64,000 nt of DNA from Azolla caroliniana (GCA_043228905.1 JBHGNT010000001.1:23064001-23128000), one strand, 5' to 3'. Positions 25,434-37,314 are shown, counted from the first letter of the stretch. Made by a program: numbers and translations. The notes: generated by a model not told the origin, from the letters alone.

Positions 25434-26574
25434 CTCTCGGTGTGGTCCATTTCATCTTTCCTTAGCCGTGCGCCGGCAAGACCTTCCAGCATTGCCGACC
25501 AGAATCCATCTTTGCCCTCCTTTCGGGCCTCGCTGCCCCCGACCCGAATGCCGGCTGACGCCGAGTAGTGGATGGCCTCCACGTGTCGGGCCGTTGCCTC
25601 TTCCATCAGTCTCTTCATTCCTCCTCCCTGTCGTTTCGGTTCAGGGCCCTCCTGGTGTCGCCGACGTGCACCCGGCCTTCCCACAGGTACACCACCCGGT
25701 TCCTCAACGCTTCTGCGAATTCGCCGCAGTCCTTCCGGATGTGGCCGACCTCGTCGCACCACATGCACCTGTTCCCTGTTGCTGGCCGTCGGTCACGAGC
25801 CGGTTCGCCACCTTCCCTTCGAGTCTGGGCGATCTGGAGATCCTTTATCGCCCGCGTCAACTCCTCCAGCGTTGCTCCTCCGGACGAGCCATTGACCATG
25901 GCGGTCGAAGCCGAACCGGTTTCGAGCCATTCCCGGGTTTCTTCCCTTCGCATTGGCGGCACCGGTTCAAGCCTTCTTGCTGTGACAGAGCCCGCACCGG
26001 CCGCCCCGTTGTCAGCCCAGTCGGTTGTCAGCCCGTCCTCGGTTTCCAGCAAGGAGCCGACTTGGTCCCGGTCCCGCTCGTCCACCGACTTGACGAACAG
26101 TAGGACCCGGCTCGTATCCAGAACGGTTCGGTCAAGCGCCGAAAGGCGCGCAAAGCGTTCTTTGAACTCCCGGAGGAGTGCCGTCGCGTTTCTTCCCTTG
26201 CCGGGGAACTCCACCCATTCTATGAAGTCCCGTTTCGAAAGCCGGAGCGCGTCGTCCAGCCCGTATTTTTCTAGGAGTCGGCCTTCGAACTCCTCCCAGG
26301 TACGGCTCTCCGCCCGCACCTCGAGCACCTCCGCATGGATGCTCGGCATCGCCAATCGAGGAAACCCGGCAAGACGCCTCTCTTCCGGAATGTCCCGCAT
26401 CAGCATTTCTGCCCCGTAGGACGCCAAATACTTCGTGGCATCCTTTCCGCTGAACCGGCCAATCGTACCAACGATCGCCTCAATGGCTCTGTCGAGGGCG
26501 CCGGTGCCCTCGCGTGCACTCAATATCTGATCCACGGCCGCAGCCATGGCCTCTGCAAGATCCGACCCTTTCAT
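25434..26574 (-). pseudogene. gag: gag 5' part, family A copy 2
   Basis: MKGSDLAEAMAAAVD...CMWCDEVGHIRKDC within ORF 25615-26967. Confidence 0.9.
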
Positions 26575-27249
26575 CTTCTGCTCTTCTGCCGCCTCCTTCA
26601 CGTCGGGTTCACCAAAGATGTCAAGGTTTTCCTCGCGGATGCGTGGAATGAGGCGGGACCTCGGGGGTCCAGTACCGAAGAGCAAGAGAGAAAGGAGAAG
26701 AGACCCACTACGTGCGAGAGTAGATTCATAGGGACACGGCCCTTCGACACAAAGACGCGAGTGGGACAGCGACACAGGGAGACACAAACGTATGTATGTA
26801 TTAACAAAGACAAACAACACAACACGGAGTCGGTTACAACCGAACAGGCCGGCGAACAGATGCTGATACCTGTTCGTAAACGCACAGAAAGGAAGGAGTA
26901 GGTTGGAGGTGCTGCTGGAAGCACTCGGGCATTCCTCAGAGCAGCGCGAGCCTCCCGAAACCTGCATAGAAGCAAGCTATGGCGTTTGCGAACCAGAGAG
27001 AGAGAGAGAGAAGCCTTCGCCCACGAACCGATAACACTTCGTCCTCGACTCTCCGCAATCCCCCTCGCCCCTCCTTGTCTCCCTCCTTTTATAGGCAAGG
27101 AAGGAGCCGTTTCCCCTTTACTTCCTACCTACCGAATCTACCTGCCTAGGATCTCCTATGTACAACATAAGGCGCACGTGCATGAAGAGCCGGTTCCTAC
27201 GCTCCGGTGCACCAATTCCGCTTGTGGACGGTTTTCTTCACGACAACGT

Positions 27250-28319
27250 GTTGAGAGTTATGGTGATTTAACTCTTCACGACTTATCTATGCATTGTAAG
27301 AATTTATATGAGTTATTTCTTGCCAGAAAGATGATGTGGCTTCTCTTTCACATATGCTTACAATTGAAGATATATGCATAGGACTTAAGAAATTGGCCTC
27401 TTGAAAGACAAGCAATCTTCAATGTATAAAGGCCGAAATGCTCAAATGGACGGGAAAGGAAGCACATGTATGTATAAGCGATATGTTTAATGATGCATTG
27501 CAACATGGTATGTCGTACGATTTGACTACAAATTGGATCAAACCTTTATGTCATAAAGGCGGAGATGTAAATAATGTAAACAACGATCGAACCATCATGG
27601 TTGGCTCATTAATGGCAAAATTGTTTGGATGTATAATGGAATCAAAGATAAGTGTATGGGCTGAAAAAAATGGTAAGAGAGTTTATGGACAAGCTAGCTT
27701 TCGAAAACACCATAGCACCATTGATCACCTTGTCCCCCTTCGAGTATTAATGGAGGAAAGTCGACTTAGAGGTAAAGGTTTATATTGTTGCTTTGTAAAC
27801 TTCAAGAAAGCTTTTGATATGGTACCTCGTGAGCATCTTTGGAGGCAAATGGAAGAACTTGAGGTGCCAAGTAAATATATGCTTGCAATTTCCCGAATTT
27901 ATGAGAAGGTTATATGTTGTGTCCGCATGAGAGATAAACTTTCAGATTTTTTCAAAAGCACTATTGGTGTTAAGCAAGGATGCCCACTCTCACCAACACT
28001 ATTTGGTCTATGCAGTGATGAATTGGAAGAAATGGTTACCAAGTTTGCAAAGGAAGAATGTGTTGAAGAAGTTGTCATTGGGAATGTTGTGATTATGCTT
28101 TTGCTATATGCAGATGATGTAGTGCTTTTTGCAAATACTTTAGGAGATGCACAAAAGGTTATGACGGCATTGGAAAAACTTTGCATGCATACTAAATTAA
28201 GTGTCAATAGCTCTAAAACAAAGATTATGCTTGTGAAGTGCCAAAAAAGAGATAAACCATGCATTATGTACAACAATGATCCACTTGAATGTGTGGAAAG
28301 CTTCAAATATCTTGGCCTT
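27250..28319 (+). mobile_element. LINE 2, part 2 (RT)
   Basis: ORF 27438-28340: QASFRKHHSTIDHL, NFKKAFDMV, GVKQGCPLSPTLF, LLYADD, FKYLG. Confidence 0.92.
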
Positions 28320-28595
28320 TGTGTAGGATCTATGTATTGATGGAGTTAACTCCTCGATGTCGTTTGTGGAGTTCGGACCGGCATATACCCTTTTGATGGT
28401 GGATCGGGTAGAGATGGTTGTTGGACACCTCCGAGCCTCACACTAACTTAACGATTAATAGATTATTAAGCACGATATCTATCTCACTCTCTCAAGCTTG
28501 CTCTCATAGACAATAGGGTAATGAATATAGATAATAAGACTACTGAATATGTTTATTAACCCTCTTTGCTAAGAGTTCTAGCACCAACAAGGAAG

Positions 28596-29602
28596 GTTTT
28601 TCGTGTGGCGTATGTAGTCCTTGACTATCTCGTTCGCTTCTTGCTTGAGGGTGAAAAGTTGGTCGATCGGGTTCCATTTATTCCCTCGACGAGCGAAGTT
28701 TATCATGATATCTTCAATGACATACTCGAAGTCTGTGACGATGTCCTCATTCAAGGTCCTAAACCAAATTCCGACTTGGTCATCGAGTGCAAGTCCGAAG
28801 GCGGCTACTTTGGTAGTCACTGTGAGGCACTCATAAGCTCGACATATTTGCTTCAACCTCTTTACGTGATCATAGGCGTTACCGAAACCGAGAAAATGGG
28901 GTACTAGTTTAGAAATTGAAGCACTCTTCCTATTGTTGTTTGTGGGGCTTCTCGAATTATCCGTGGGCACTCGCTCTTTTTCCATCAATGCCACAGGGTT
29001 TGTATGGATTGTAATGCTAGTGCGAGTTCAGCGTTTGCGGGTGCTAAGGTAGTTTGGTCGGGTGTAGGGGTCGTTTCCATACGTGGCGGTGTCGAGTGTC
29101 GTTGTGTGTGTGCTTTATTTGGGTTGTCGCCCGTTGTGCTCGAATGCGGTGCGGGGTTGGACTCACGGCCTCGACAGTGTGTATTTGACGATGCTTCTAG
29201 GACGTGAAGTTTTTGTCGCACGAACCTGTCTTTCCTTTCTACCAAAGCGGCTTCAATATCTCGGGCGATGATTTCCGGTTGTCCCACTATCGCGAGTTGC
29301 ATCGTCCATATATTGATTTCTTGTTCTATCACACGTAACTCCTGAGCGGCATCCTGTATGTGTCGCTCTACATTGAGCAGGTCTGCCATTGGGTTCTCCT
29401 GTAGTGGGGGTGTGTTGAGGACTACTTTAGTTGCTGGGCTCGATGGGAGGTTCATATTTGGTAGCGTCCCCGGGGTTAACCACCCTCTGTGGTAACGATT
29501 TGGGTTAGATGGGTTAGCACCATGTGTTTGGTTGGTTTGTGTGGACTCCTCCTGGCGTGTGGGTCGGGTTTTGAACATCTCCATCCATGAGGATCTGGCC
29601 AT
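28596..29602 (-). pseudogene. gag: Truncated gag of the second tandem unit
   Basis: Paralogous to 38820-39692. Fused to the LTR at 28595. Confidence 0.88.
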
Positions 29603-29624
29603 GTTCTCTTGTCAAGATTTGCGG

Positions 29625-30362
29625 GTTCGTCGAAAGATGATCTTTTGTTGAACTTTGTGGGTTTGGCAAACTTTAATCTTTCGTCGAAAGATGCTCCACT
29701 TATCGAACTCTGATCTTTCAACGAAGGATGATCTTTCGTCGAAAGATGGTCTCTTGTCGAACTTGATCTTTCGTTGAAAGATGTGGGTTTGGCAAACTTT
29801 GACCTTTCGTCAAAGGATGTGCGTTCGTCGAACTTTGAGGTTGGCAAACTTCGACCTTTCGTCGAAAGATGATCTTTCATCAAATTTTGTGGGTTTAGCA
29901 AACTTTGACCTTTCATTGAAAGATGTGGGTTCGTTGAACTTTGATCTTTCGTCCAAAGATGTGGATTTCGGAAACTTTAACCTTTCGTCAAAGGATGTGG
30001 GTTCGTCGACCTTTGAGGGTTTGGCAAACTTCGACCTTTCGTCGAAAGATGTGGGTTCGTTGAAAGATGATCTTTCGTCGAACTTTGTGGGATTGGCTAA
30101 CTTTGACCTTTCGTCAAAAGATGTGGGTTTGTCGAACTTTGATCTTTCGTTGAAGGATGTGGGTTTGGCAAACTGTGACCTTTCGTCAAAGGATGTGGGT
30201 TCGTCAAACTTTGAGGGTTTGGCAAACTTCAACCTCTCGTCAACAAATGCGGGTTCGACAAACTTTGACCTTTCATCGAAAGTTGTGTATTTGTCAAACT
30301 TTGAAGGTTTGGCAAACTTCAACCTTTCGTCGAACAATGTGGGTTCGTCGAACTTTGAGTGG
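29625..30362. repeat. Modular tandem repeat array in the 5' leader (copy 2)
   Basis: Recurrent modules tttcgtcgaaagatgtgggt, tcgtcgaactttgagggt and ttggcaaactttgacc. Confidence 0.92.
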
Positions 30363-30681
30363 GAAATTTGAATTTTCTAGCTCCAACAGTTGTTTCGTGT
30401 CTCGTAGGATGATCGTAATCAACAACAATCGCGGTGATCACATTTGCCCTGCAACAGCTAAATCTCCCAAATGCTTAGCGTTAACTGGACGAATAGTTTG
30501 CTAACATCCGGGAGATTAAGGGGGAGAAAATTAAAACTAAAAAAAAAACAGAAAAATTAACTTAATGAAAATTTGTAGTGAAAATTTTAATTAGCGTGGT
30601 TTCCTTTCGATTTCTTCCCTCATTAAGTGGGTTGCCTACGAGTGTTTGATCACTCGAAGTTGGCTTCAAGCGTTGGTCGTA

Positions 30682-30699
30682 TCCCCGGCAACGGCGCCA
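30682..30699 (-). promoter_or_regulatory. PBS for tRNA-Asp (second copy at 40994-41011)
   Basis: tccccggcaacggcgcca on the + strand equals the tRNA-Asp 3' end, the Athila-type PBS. Confidence 0.88.
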
Positions 30700-30705
30700 A
30701 ATAGA

Positions 30706-31285
30706 TGTGTAGGATCTATATATCGATGTAGTTAACTCCTCGATGTCATTTGCGGAGTTCGGACCGGCGTATACCCTTTTGATGGCGAATCGGGCGGAGA
30801 TAGTTGTCGGACACCTCCGAGCCTCCCACTCACTTAACGATTAATAGATTATTAAGCACGATATCTCTCTCGCTCTCTCAAGCTCGCTCTCATTGACAAT
30901 AGGGTAATGAATATAGACAATAAGAGTAATGAATATGTTTATTAACCCTCTTTGCTAAGAGTTCTAGCACCAACAAGAAAGAGAGATTAGTGTTCTCTAA
31001 CTAAACACCTCACTAATCTCTCTTAAGCTTAAAGGTTACAAGGAGGCGAGGAAGCTCTAGCTCTTAATCAATAGGGAGATCTTTACAAATGGAAAAACCC
31101 TTACAAAGTCACCACCCTTTGGTTTATATAGCATTTACATTTAGGGTATGGACCTTTCACACTTGAATGTCCCTCAACCCTCTTTCCTCTTGCCATTCCC
31201 TCTTCGTAGGTCCTTTAGCCATACTACATCCTTGTTTATGCACTCTTCTTCATTACCGGTCGTGGTGCAATCTAAGTGCTTAACA
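30706..31285 (-). repeat. Shared middle LTR of the tandem element
   Basis: Near-identical to 41018-41600. Has a PPT on one side and a PBS on the other. Confidence 0.92.
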
Positions 31286-31421
31286 GCCCCCCCAACCTAA
31301 TGAGTGCACACTCCCGAGTGCATTGTGGGAGGGGAGCTTCGGGCATCGGGGGCGGGAAGGATAGAGAAGGGGGGTTCGTTGGGGGGTAGTCGGTGCCGAG
31401 TTCGTGGGCCCACTAGACCGG

Positions 31422-31930
31422 TTAAGGATTGTGTGCCCACTTGAGGAACTCACGGGTGATACGGTTCATGGCGTCGGTGGAGGCGGTGTCACCGATCTGG
31501 GCGATGGCGCTACAACGATCGTGGAGGTGAGGGGGAATTTCGATGAAACACCAACCTTCGCGTCCAGAATACTCAGAGTAGGTGGCAGGGATGATGTTGG
31601 GGAGGACGTCAGGGGCCTTCGTGGTGCCGAAGGGAATGCCATCCACCGACAAATGTAGCGTAATGCAAACGTTGGCGACGTTGAACTGGAACTGGACAGG
31701 GGTGGCATCCGCAAAGGCGTGTGTGTGAACGTGGCCAGTATCGGGGTTGTATCCTGTGAGGAACCGGCTGACCAGCTCGGGAAATACACCCCAAAGGCCA
31801 ATCCCGAGGAAGAACTTGAGGCCCGGTAGGTACAACGGGTGTTATTGAACTCGGCTTGAATTACCAAGGAGCCATAGCCGGCGTCAGGGTAGTGCGCGTG
31901 GAGGACCTTGGTGAATGGGGTCGACGCCAT
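31422..31930 (-). pseudogene. Additional 3' ORF of the Asp-primed element (frameshifted, unknown function)
   Basis: Lies between pol and the PPT. Contains VFPELVSRFL, reminiscent of Athila/Tat extra-ORF proteins. Splice-acceptor-like sequence upstream. Confidence 0.5.
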
Positions 31931-32204
31931 CAATTATAACCTGCTAGGAAAAAGATTAGTATAGCCATATGAGAGTGTACCAATTCTTACACTCCCTGGC
32001 CCTTGTCTACGTGCAGTAATACGACCGACGATAGTGTATTTATCGATTGATGTGAATGCCTTATTTTGATTAGTTATAATTATTATAATTGAAAGTAGTA
32101 TGAGGTGTTTTGAGGGATAGCGATATTTATATTTATATTTTAAAGGGACGGACGGGTTAGTGTCTAGGTTGTGTTTGGGCGGTGGGGGCCTCTCGGCGGA
32201 CTAG

Positions 32205-32512
32205 GGGTGAGTGGTTCGAAGTTCTTCGAATCGGGAGTGAGTGGTTCAAAGAGGGCTTCTCTTAGAACCGGGGGCGGGGGGTTCGACGTTCTTCGAACCG
32301 GGAGTGAGTGGTTCGAAGAGTAGCTTGCACTAGGAGGAAGGGGTTCGAAGAGTGTCTCTCTGCAAACCGGGGGGAAGGGGTTTGAAGAGTACTTCTCTTC
32401 GAACCGGGGAGAAGGGGAGACACTTCGAACCGGGGAGAAGGGGAGACACTTCGAACTAGGGGGAAGGGGTTCGAAGAGTGTCTCTCTTCGAACCGGGGAG
32501 GGGTTTGAAGAG
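32205..32512. repeat. TTCGAA-rich palindromic repeat array
   Basis: Alternating ggttcgaagag and cttcgaaccgggg units. Confidence 0.85.
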
Positions 32513-32893
32513 CAACACGAAGGGAGGGCCATGAGGGGATGCAACGAGGCCACGCGTGAAGCGGCCAGATGCGACCACCAGCAACAAGAAGGCGGCAGAA
32601 TTGGATGGGCATCCACCGAGGGTTTCGTGGGGGTTTTGGAAATTCAGGAGCTTTTGGGTGGGGTTGAGGTGGTGGGGGTGGTTGAGGTTGTTCGAGTGTT
32701 GTTCGAGGGCCTTTGTATGCCTTTACGGACCCAAACTTGTGACGTCCTTTCTAGGGGGAAAGTGGGGGCCTGTGTGGTAATGCTGAATCCAACCGGGGTC
32801 CATGGCCTTAACCTGGGCGGGGTATTTGGTCGATGTCCGGAGTTTTCGAGTGTCTTATGCAGTCGTGGTATGGTCGCAGGTGGGAAGTCGGCT

Positions 32894-33835
32894 TCATTTT
32901 GGGACCCAGAAGCAAGTGGCAACTTTGTGCCAACCTTGGGCATGTGTGAGTTCTTTTCTGACTCGCCAAATAGGACGTTTGCCGCGGCGTGGTCCTTCGG
33001 CGAAAATTGCGTGGACATTCACCCATTTGCGTGGTGCGGATGTTCTTGTTCCGATGTTAGTGTTACTCTGGCCTTGGTTGGCTAGTGATTGGGCGAGTTC
33101 TTTTTGGTTGGGTGGTTTCACGTTCTGGAGGTCGTCAAGATTGGTGGGACGTGGTTTGAGTGTTGTTATGAGGAGTTTCTTGGATGTAGCACCATTTGCA
33201 GTTGGGAAGGAGACAATATTCTTGCTTGGTAACAGGAGACATTCGCTTACGTGACACCAATCCAAATTGAGGAGGCACGGGGTGTACAACACTTTTGGTG
33301 GGAGGACCCGAACTCGAATTGCATGGTCACTATATTGTTTCTTGATGTTGCACACGAATGTTCCGAGGCAGTGTGATGTGGAACCATCGAAGCCAAGGAA
33401 GTTGTCATTGCATACTTCGAGGTCCGGACAACCTAGATGTCTCCATGTTTCGAAGGAGAAAAGGGTTAGTGATGCTCTAGTGTCGATTACCACCATTAAA
33501 GGTACGTCGTCAGCGAAGCATGGTAGGTGCATCCTCACGTCATTAGAATCAATCGCCTTAGCCATAGTTGTTGGGAGGGTGTCCCCTTTTCTTTTCAGTT
33601 TTGTTTGCGCATTGCGAAGGTAGGTTTCTAGTCGGGCCATTCGGCCTTCGGATGCCTTAAGTTTGGCTTCCACTTCTCGTTGTTGAGCCGTGAGTAGGGA
33701 TTCGAGGGTGAGGGATCCGTAGTAACGTTTGAGATTGCTCCCATTCATGAATCCTGGGATGTCGAGTTCTTCAAGCATGTGTATTTGACATGCTCCTGTC
33801 TTGATAATCTCTGAGACTGACGTAGGGGCCTTCAC
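32894..33835 (-). CDS. Integrase C-terminal tail, coiled coil and second retropepsin-like domain
   Basis: Starts with the GPY/F-module tail (EIIKTGACQI...NGSNLKRYY), then VVIDTRASLTLFS...GFDGS...CLLNLDW. Confidence 0.72.
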   Translation of the reverse strand: MKAPTSVSEIIKTGACQIHMLEELDIPGFMNGSNLKRYYGSLTLESLLTAQQREVEAKLKASEGRMARLETYLRNAQTKLKRKGDTLPTTMAKAIDSNDVRMHLPCFADDVPLMVVIDTRASLTLFSFETWRHLGCPDLEVCNDNFLGFDGSTSHCLGTFVCNIKKQYSDHAIRVRVLPPKVLYTPCLLNLDWCHVSECLLLPSKNIVSFPTANGATSKKLLITTLKPRPTNLDDLQNVKPPNQKELAQSLANQGQSNTNIGTRTSAPRKWVNVHAIFAEGPRRGKRPIWRVRKELTHAQGWHKVATCFWVPK

Positions 33836-34952
33836 CTCATAATTTGAGCTTCTTTTTGTTTCATTGAGAGGCGAATTTGAGAGCCATGTCCCCTTCAGCT
33901 AGGTCTTTATCTCTTACTTTGTTGTCGTGCCACGCCTTTCTATTGGCTTTCTCTGTCAAGAGTGCTTGGAATGCAAGAAGGCGAGTTTCAGTCAACTGTT
34001 CTAGGTTCTCTAGGCGTGACAGGAGGGGGTTCCCATCCCATCGTTCTTGGATGGCTATCTTGAGGCTAGGGACGAGGAACTCGATGGGCAGTATTGCTTC
34101 TTGTCCATATACTAGTTTGAATGATGTGTGGCGAGTTGCTACTTTGTAGGAGGTTCGGAAGGCCCACAATGCCGCTTGGCGTTTGGTGCTCCAATCGGAA
34201 CGCGAAGTGGCAATTATCTTCGTGAGCACTACACATAACACCTTATTAGTGCTTTCCGCTTGTCCGTTGTACCGGGGGTAATAAGGGGAGCTCTTGCAGT
34301 GCGTCACCATAAACTCTCCTAGTAGATGTGCTATCACTTCATTGAGGAAATGGGAGCCTTGATCGCAAATGATCTCGAGCGGACATCCAAACCGTTGATG
34401 ACATTTTCGTATAGGAATTTGGCGGTGCTACATGCATTAGCATTAACGCAAGCTTTAGCTTCCGTCCACTTGGTAGCATAGTCAGTGGTAGTGATTATGT
34501 ATCGATTGAGGTTGGAAGTTGGGCTAATTGGGCCGATAAAGTCGATACCCCATTTCTCAAACGGTTGCCAAGCCATTACCGGGTTTAATGTGTTGAAATC
34601 CGCTTTTAATGGATGTTTGAAACATTGGCACTCATCACATCGGCATACATATTCGTATGTGTCTTTGAATAGTATTGGCCACCATAGGCCGGACTAGAGG
34701 ATCTTGCGTGCGGTGACCTCGTGATTGAAATGACCGCTTCCGCTTCTGCAATGAGCTTGTTCGAGGACGGCAACGACATCATGGTCCGTTACACACCTCC
34801 GAAGTACATCATCGTTGCCTCTTCGATACAAGTTGCCTCTAAGCATCGTGAAGGGGCCACATTTTCTTAACAAGACATGTGTTTGTGCCTGACTTAGTTG
34901 TTTTAGGAAGGATGCTCCTTCGGTTAAGACGCGAACGATATCTGATGCCCAT
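33836..34952 (-). pseudogene. Integrase of the Asp-primed element
   Basis: EQAHCRSGSGH, PFEKWGIDFIGPI, TDYATKWTEA, SSPYYPRYNGQAE, LVYGQEAILP. Confidence 0.92.
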
Positions 34953-34957
34953 GATGG

Positions 34958-35708
34958 TGTTGGGAGACAGGTCCCTCCGGATGGGAAGGGAGAAGAACAG
35001 TGCTGATGAACAAACTCGGCCGAGGCCAAAACCGGATGAGGATTACCCGGCTACGGAGAGTCGGATGGTGCAGGCCCGGTGAGAACCGGATGAGGAGTAC
35101 CCGGGTACGGAGAGCCGGATGGTGTAGGCCCGGTGAGAACCGGATGAGGAGTACCCAGCTACGGAGAGCCGGATGGTGCAGGCCCGGTGAGAACCAGATG
35201 AGGAGTACCCGGCTACGGAGAGCAGGATGGTGCAAACCCGGTGAGAACCGGAAGCAGAGACATATTCGTAAATATGTTTCTGAGAGTCCATCATGGCTAT
35301 ATTTGTAAATAGCCGAAAAGTCATATTAGTATAAATATGACTTAGGGCAAACTTTTAGTGGTGGTTGTTATTCTTGTTGGTGCAAGAAGAGAGATAGCGC
35401 GTAACCGTGTACAGAGAGAGAGAGAGAGAGGAAGAGGTCGCTGCCTCTGTTGTAACTGCCGCCTGTGGCGAAGATCATGAGCACAAGGTTGTTGCCTCCG
35501 TGAACTCACTGTTGTACATTCTAGCATAGTGATAGTTTGCAACCTGTGGGCTACCGTGGTTTTTTCCCTAGTTTGGGTTTTTTCCACGTAAACATCCTGT
35601 GTACTCTTCTCTTCACTGTGTCGTGTATTTATTTTCCCGTTTTCTGTGTATGATTCTAAGCTCGGTTGTGGCCGAGCGTTGCGTATAAGGAACGAGTAGT
35701 TCCTGTCA
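34958..35708 (+). mobile_element. Solo LTR (probably copia-type)
   Basis: TGTT...GTCA with a perfect 5-bp TSD GATGG (34953-34957 and 35709-35713). R/U5-like motif gtggtttttcccta..gggttttttccacgtaaa. Confidence 0.88.
35031..35251. repeat. Four copies of a 54-bp tandem repeat inside the solo LTR
   Basis: Units start at 35031, 35085, 35139 and 35193. Confidence 0.95.
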
Positions 35709-35713
35709 GATGG

Positions 35714-37130
35714 TACGGTGTCGATCATGAATAATGTTTCATCTGGTGTTTCTTCATCAACTCCAGTGGCTTCTTCTCCGTTTGGTATTCATGAGAAATG
35801 ATCAGTGAATACATGGTCTTTTCCTTTTCTCACCACCACCTTGAGGTCGAACTCAAGTAGAGTTACGATCCATCGTGATATGCGTCTCGTGGTGTGAGTT
35901 TTGTTTACCAAGTAGAGGAGGGCTTGATGATCTACAAAAAATGAGAAACGTGATGTCAAGAGGTAATGTCAGAACTTTTTCACATTGTAAATCATTGCCA
36001 AAGTTTCTCGTTCCGTTGTGGAGTAATTTCGTTCCGCATCGTTCAGTTGACGACTAACAAAGGTGATCGGTAGGTCGAGTGCTCCTTCACCAGGTTTGGG
36101 GCAATCAAGGGCATCTCCTCGTCGCTAAATTCTGTGAGGAGGTCAATCAAGGACATCTCCTCGTCCAACTGGAGATCTGTGGCGATGAACACTGGTTTGG
36201 GGTCCACCCCATTTCCGAGATTGATTTCTTTAACTCTCGTCGATCCGTTGCATGCCTCACCTAGGATGTGAGGGGTGTGTTGTGGTCTCTTACAAGCCAC
36301 CACCCTACTCCCTTGTTCATAAAGTTTGAATTGCTTCAGGAAGTCCACCTCTGTCGAGGTCTTCCGAGTGGTCGCATCCTCTTCCTGGCACGTGATTTGT
36401 TGCGCTAGGTCTTCGTCTTTTACGTCTATGTGTTTTTGCTAGGGTATGAGAGTGCTGACATTAAAACACGAGATCGTGTCTCCATCCTCGTCGCGACACT
36501 TTGTACCAATGGGGTACATTGTGTCGGTCGTGGCGAGAGCGTGCACCCAATTCATCTAGGACGCATCAGAAGCTATGGATTGGTCTTCTCTTGCATTCTC
36601 TACCCCTAGGATTAGTGGATTTTTGGGGAAACGGTTGACCCCTAGCCAAGATCTCATTTGTCTTTGTGGGGTTACATGCTAGGAGGTTGGTCTCGAACTC
36701 GGTGTTTTCTGGCTAGTCGTCCACAAGAGGGTTGCCTTCTTGTTCGTGCACTTTTTGTGTGTATGCTTTGATGCAAAAGGTTTTGTTGTTTTTACGCATA
36801 TAGATTGCATCATTCCCAAAATCCATCACAAGGCCGCTTACGCGTAGGAATGGACTCCCTAGTAAACACTCGTAAGCTACATGATTGGATGATCTTGTGA
36901 CAACGAAGGTGAGATTGAACTCGACCCCGTGGATAGTGAAGTGGTGTGCATGGATCATGCCTTCTGGTTGTTGGATGGACCCATCTGCCATTCAGAGTTT
37001 GACATCTGAAGGAAGCATTTTTGGGCTCCCCCACTTACACCAATATTCATAACTGACTATACTTACCCCTACTCCAGTGTCAATGATCACGTCACATGTC
37101 ATGCCGTTGATGCAGACGGGGGACAATGAA
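35714..37130 (-). pseudogene. Protease, linker and RNase H of the Asp-primed element (RT deleted)
   Basis: CDVIIDTGVGVSIVS near 37060-37100, ADGS..CLLGSPFL, then PITFVSRQLNDAERNYSTTERE..DHQAL. No RT motifs lie between PR and RH. Confidence 0.85.
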
Positions 37131-37314
37131 ACTAGTATCGTCGCTCTCGAAGTGAGCTTCACATATATCTACTAGTGTTCATTCGGGTTGTTTGGAGACT
37201 ATGGTAGTATGAGGGACATGGGTGTGTATCTTTTCTCCGTAACCTGCTGATAGGCCTCCATTGAGGCGGCGAAGGACTTCGTGCCATGGTTAGATGTCGA
37301 GTTTGAGCAGCTCT

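Larger units (their letters stand above)
16482..27245 (-). mobile_element. Full-length gypsy, family A copy 2, with a nested insertion
   Basis: LTRs at 16482-17106 and 26619-27245, PBS complement at 26597-26614, TSD ACGT (16478-16481 and 27246-27249). Confidence 0.96.

Noticed and set aside
29625-30362. CRISPR-like appearance of the repeat array
   Set aside because: There are no unique spacers and no cas genes. The units are contiguous degenerate modules inside a retrotransposon leader.
35031-35251. 54-bp repeats as a CRISPR array or repeat protein
   Set aside because: These are head-to-tail copies without spacers inside a solo LTR. The ORFs arise because the unit length is divisible by 3.
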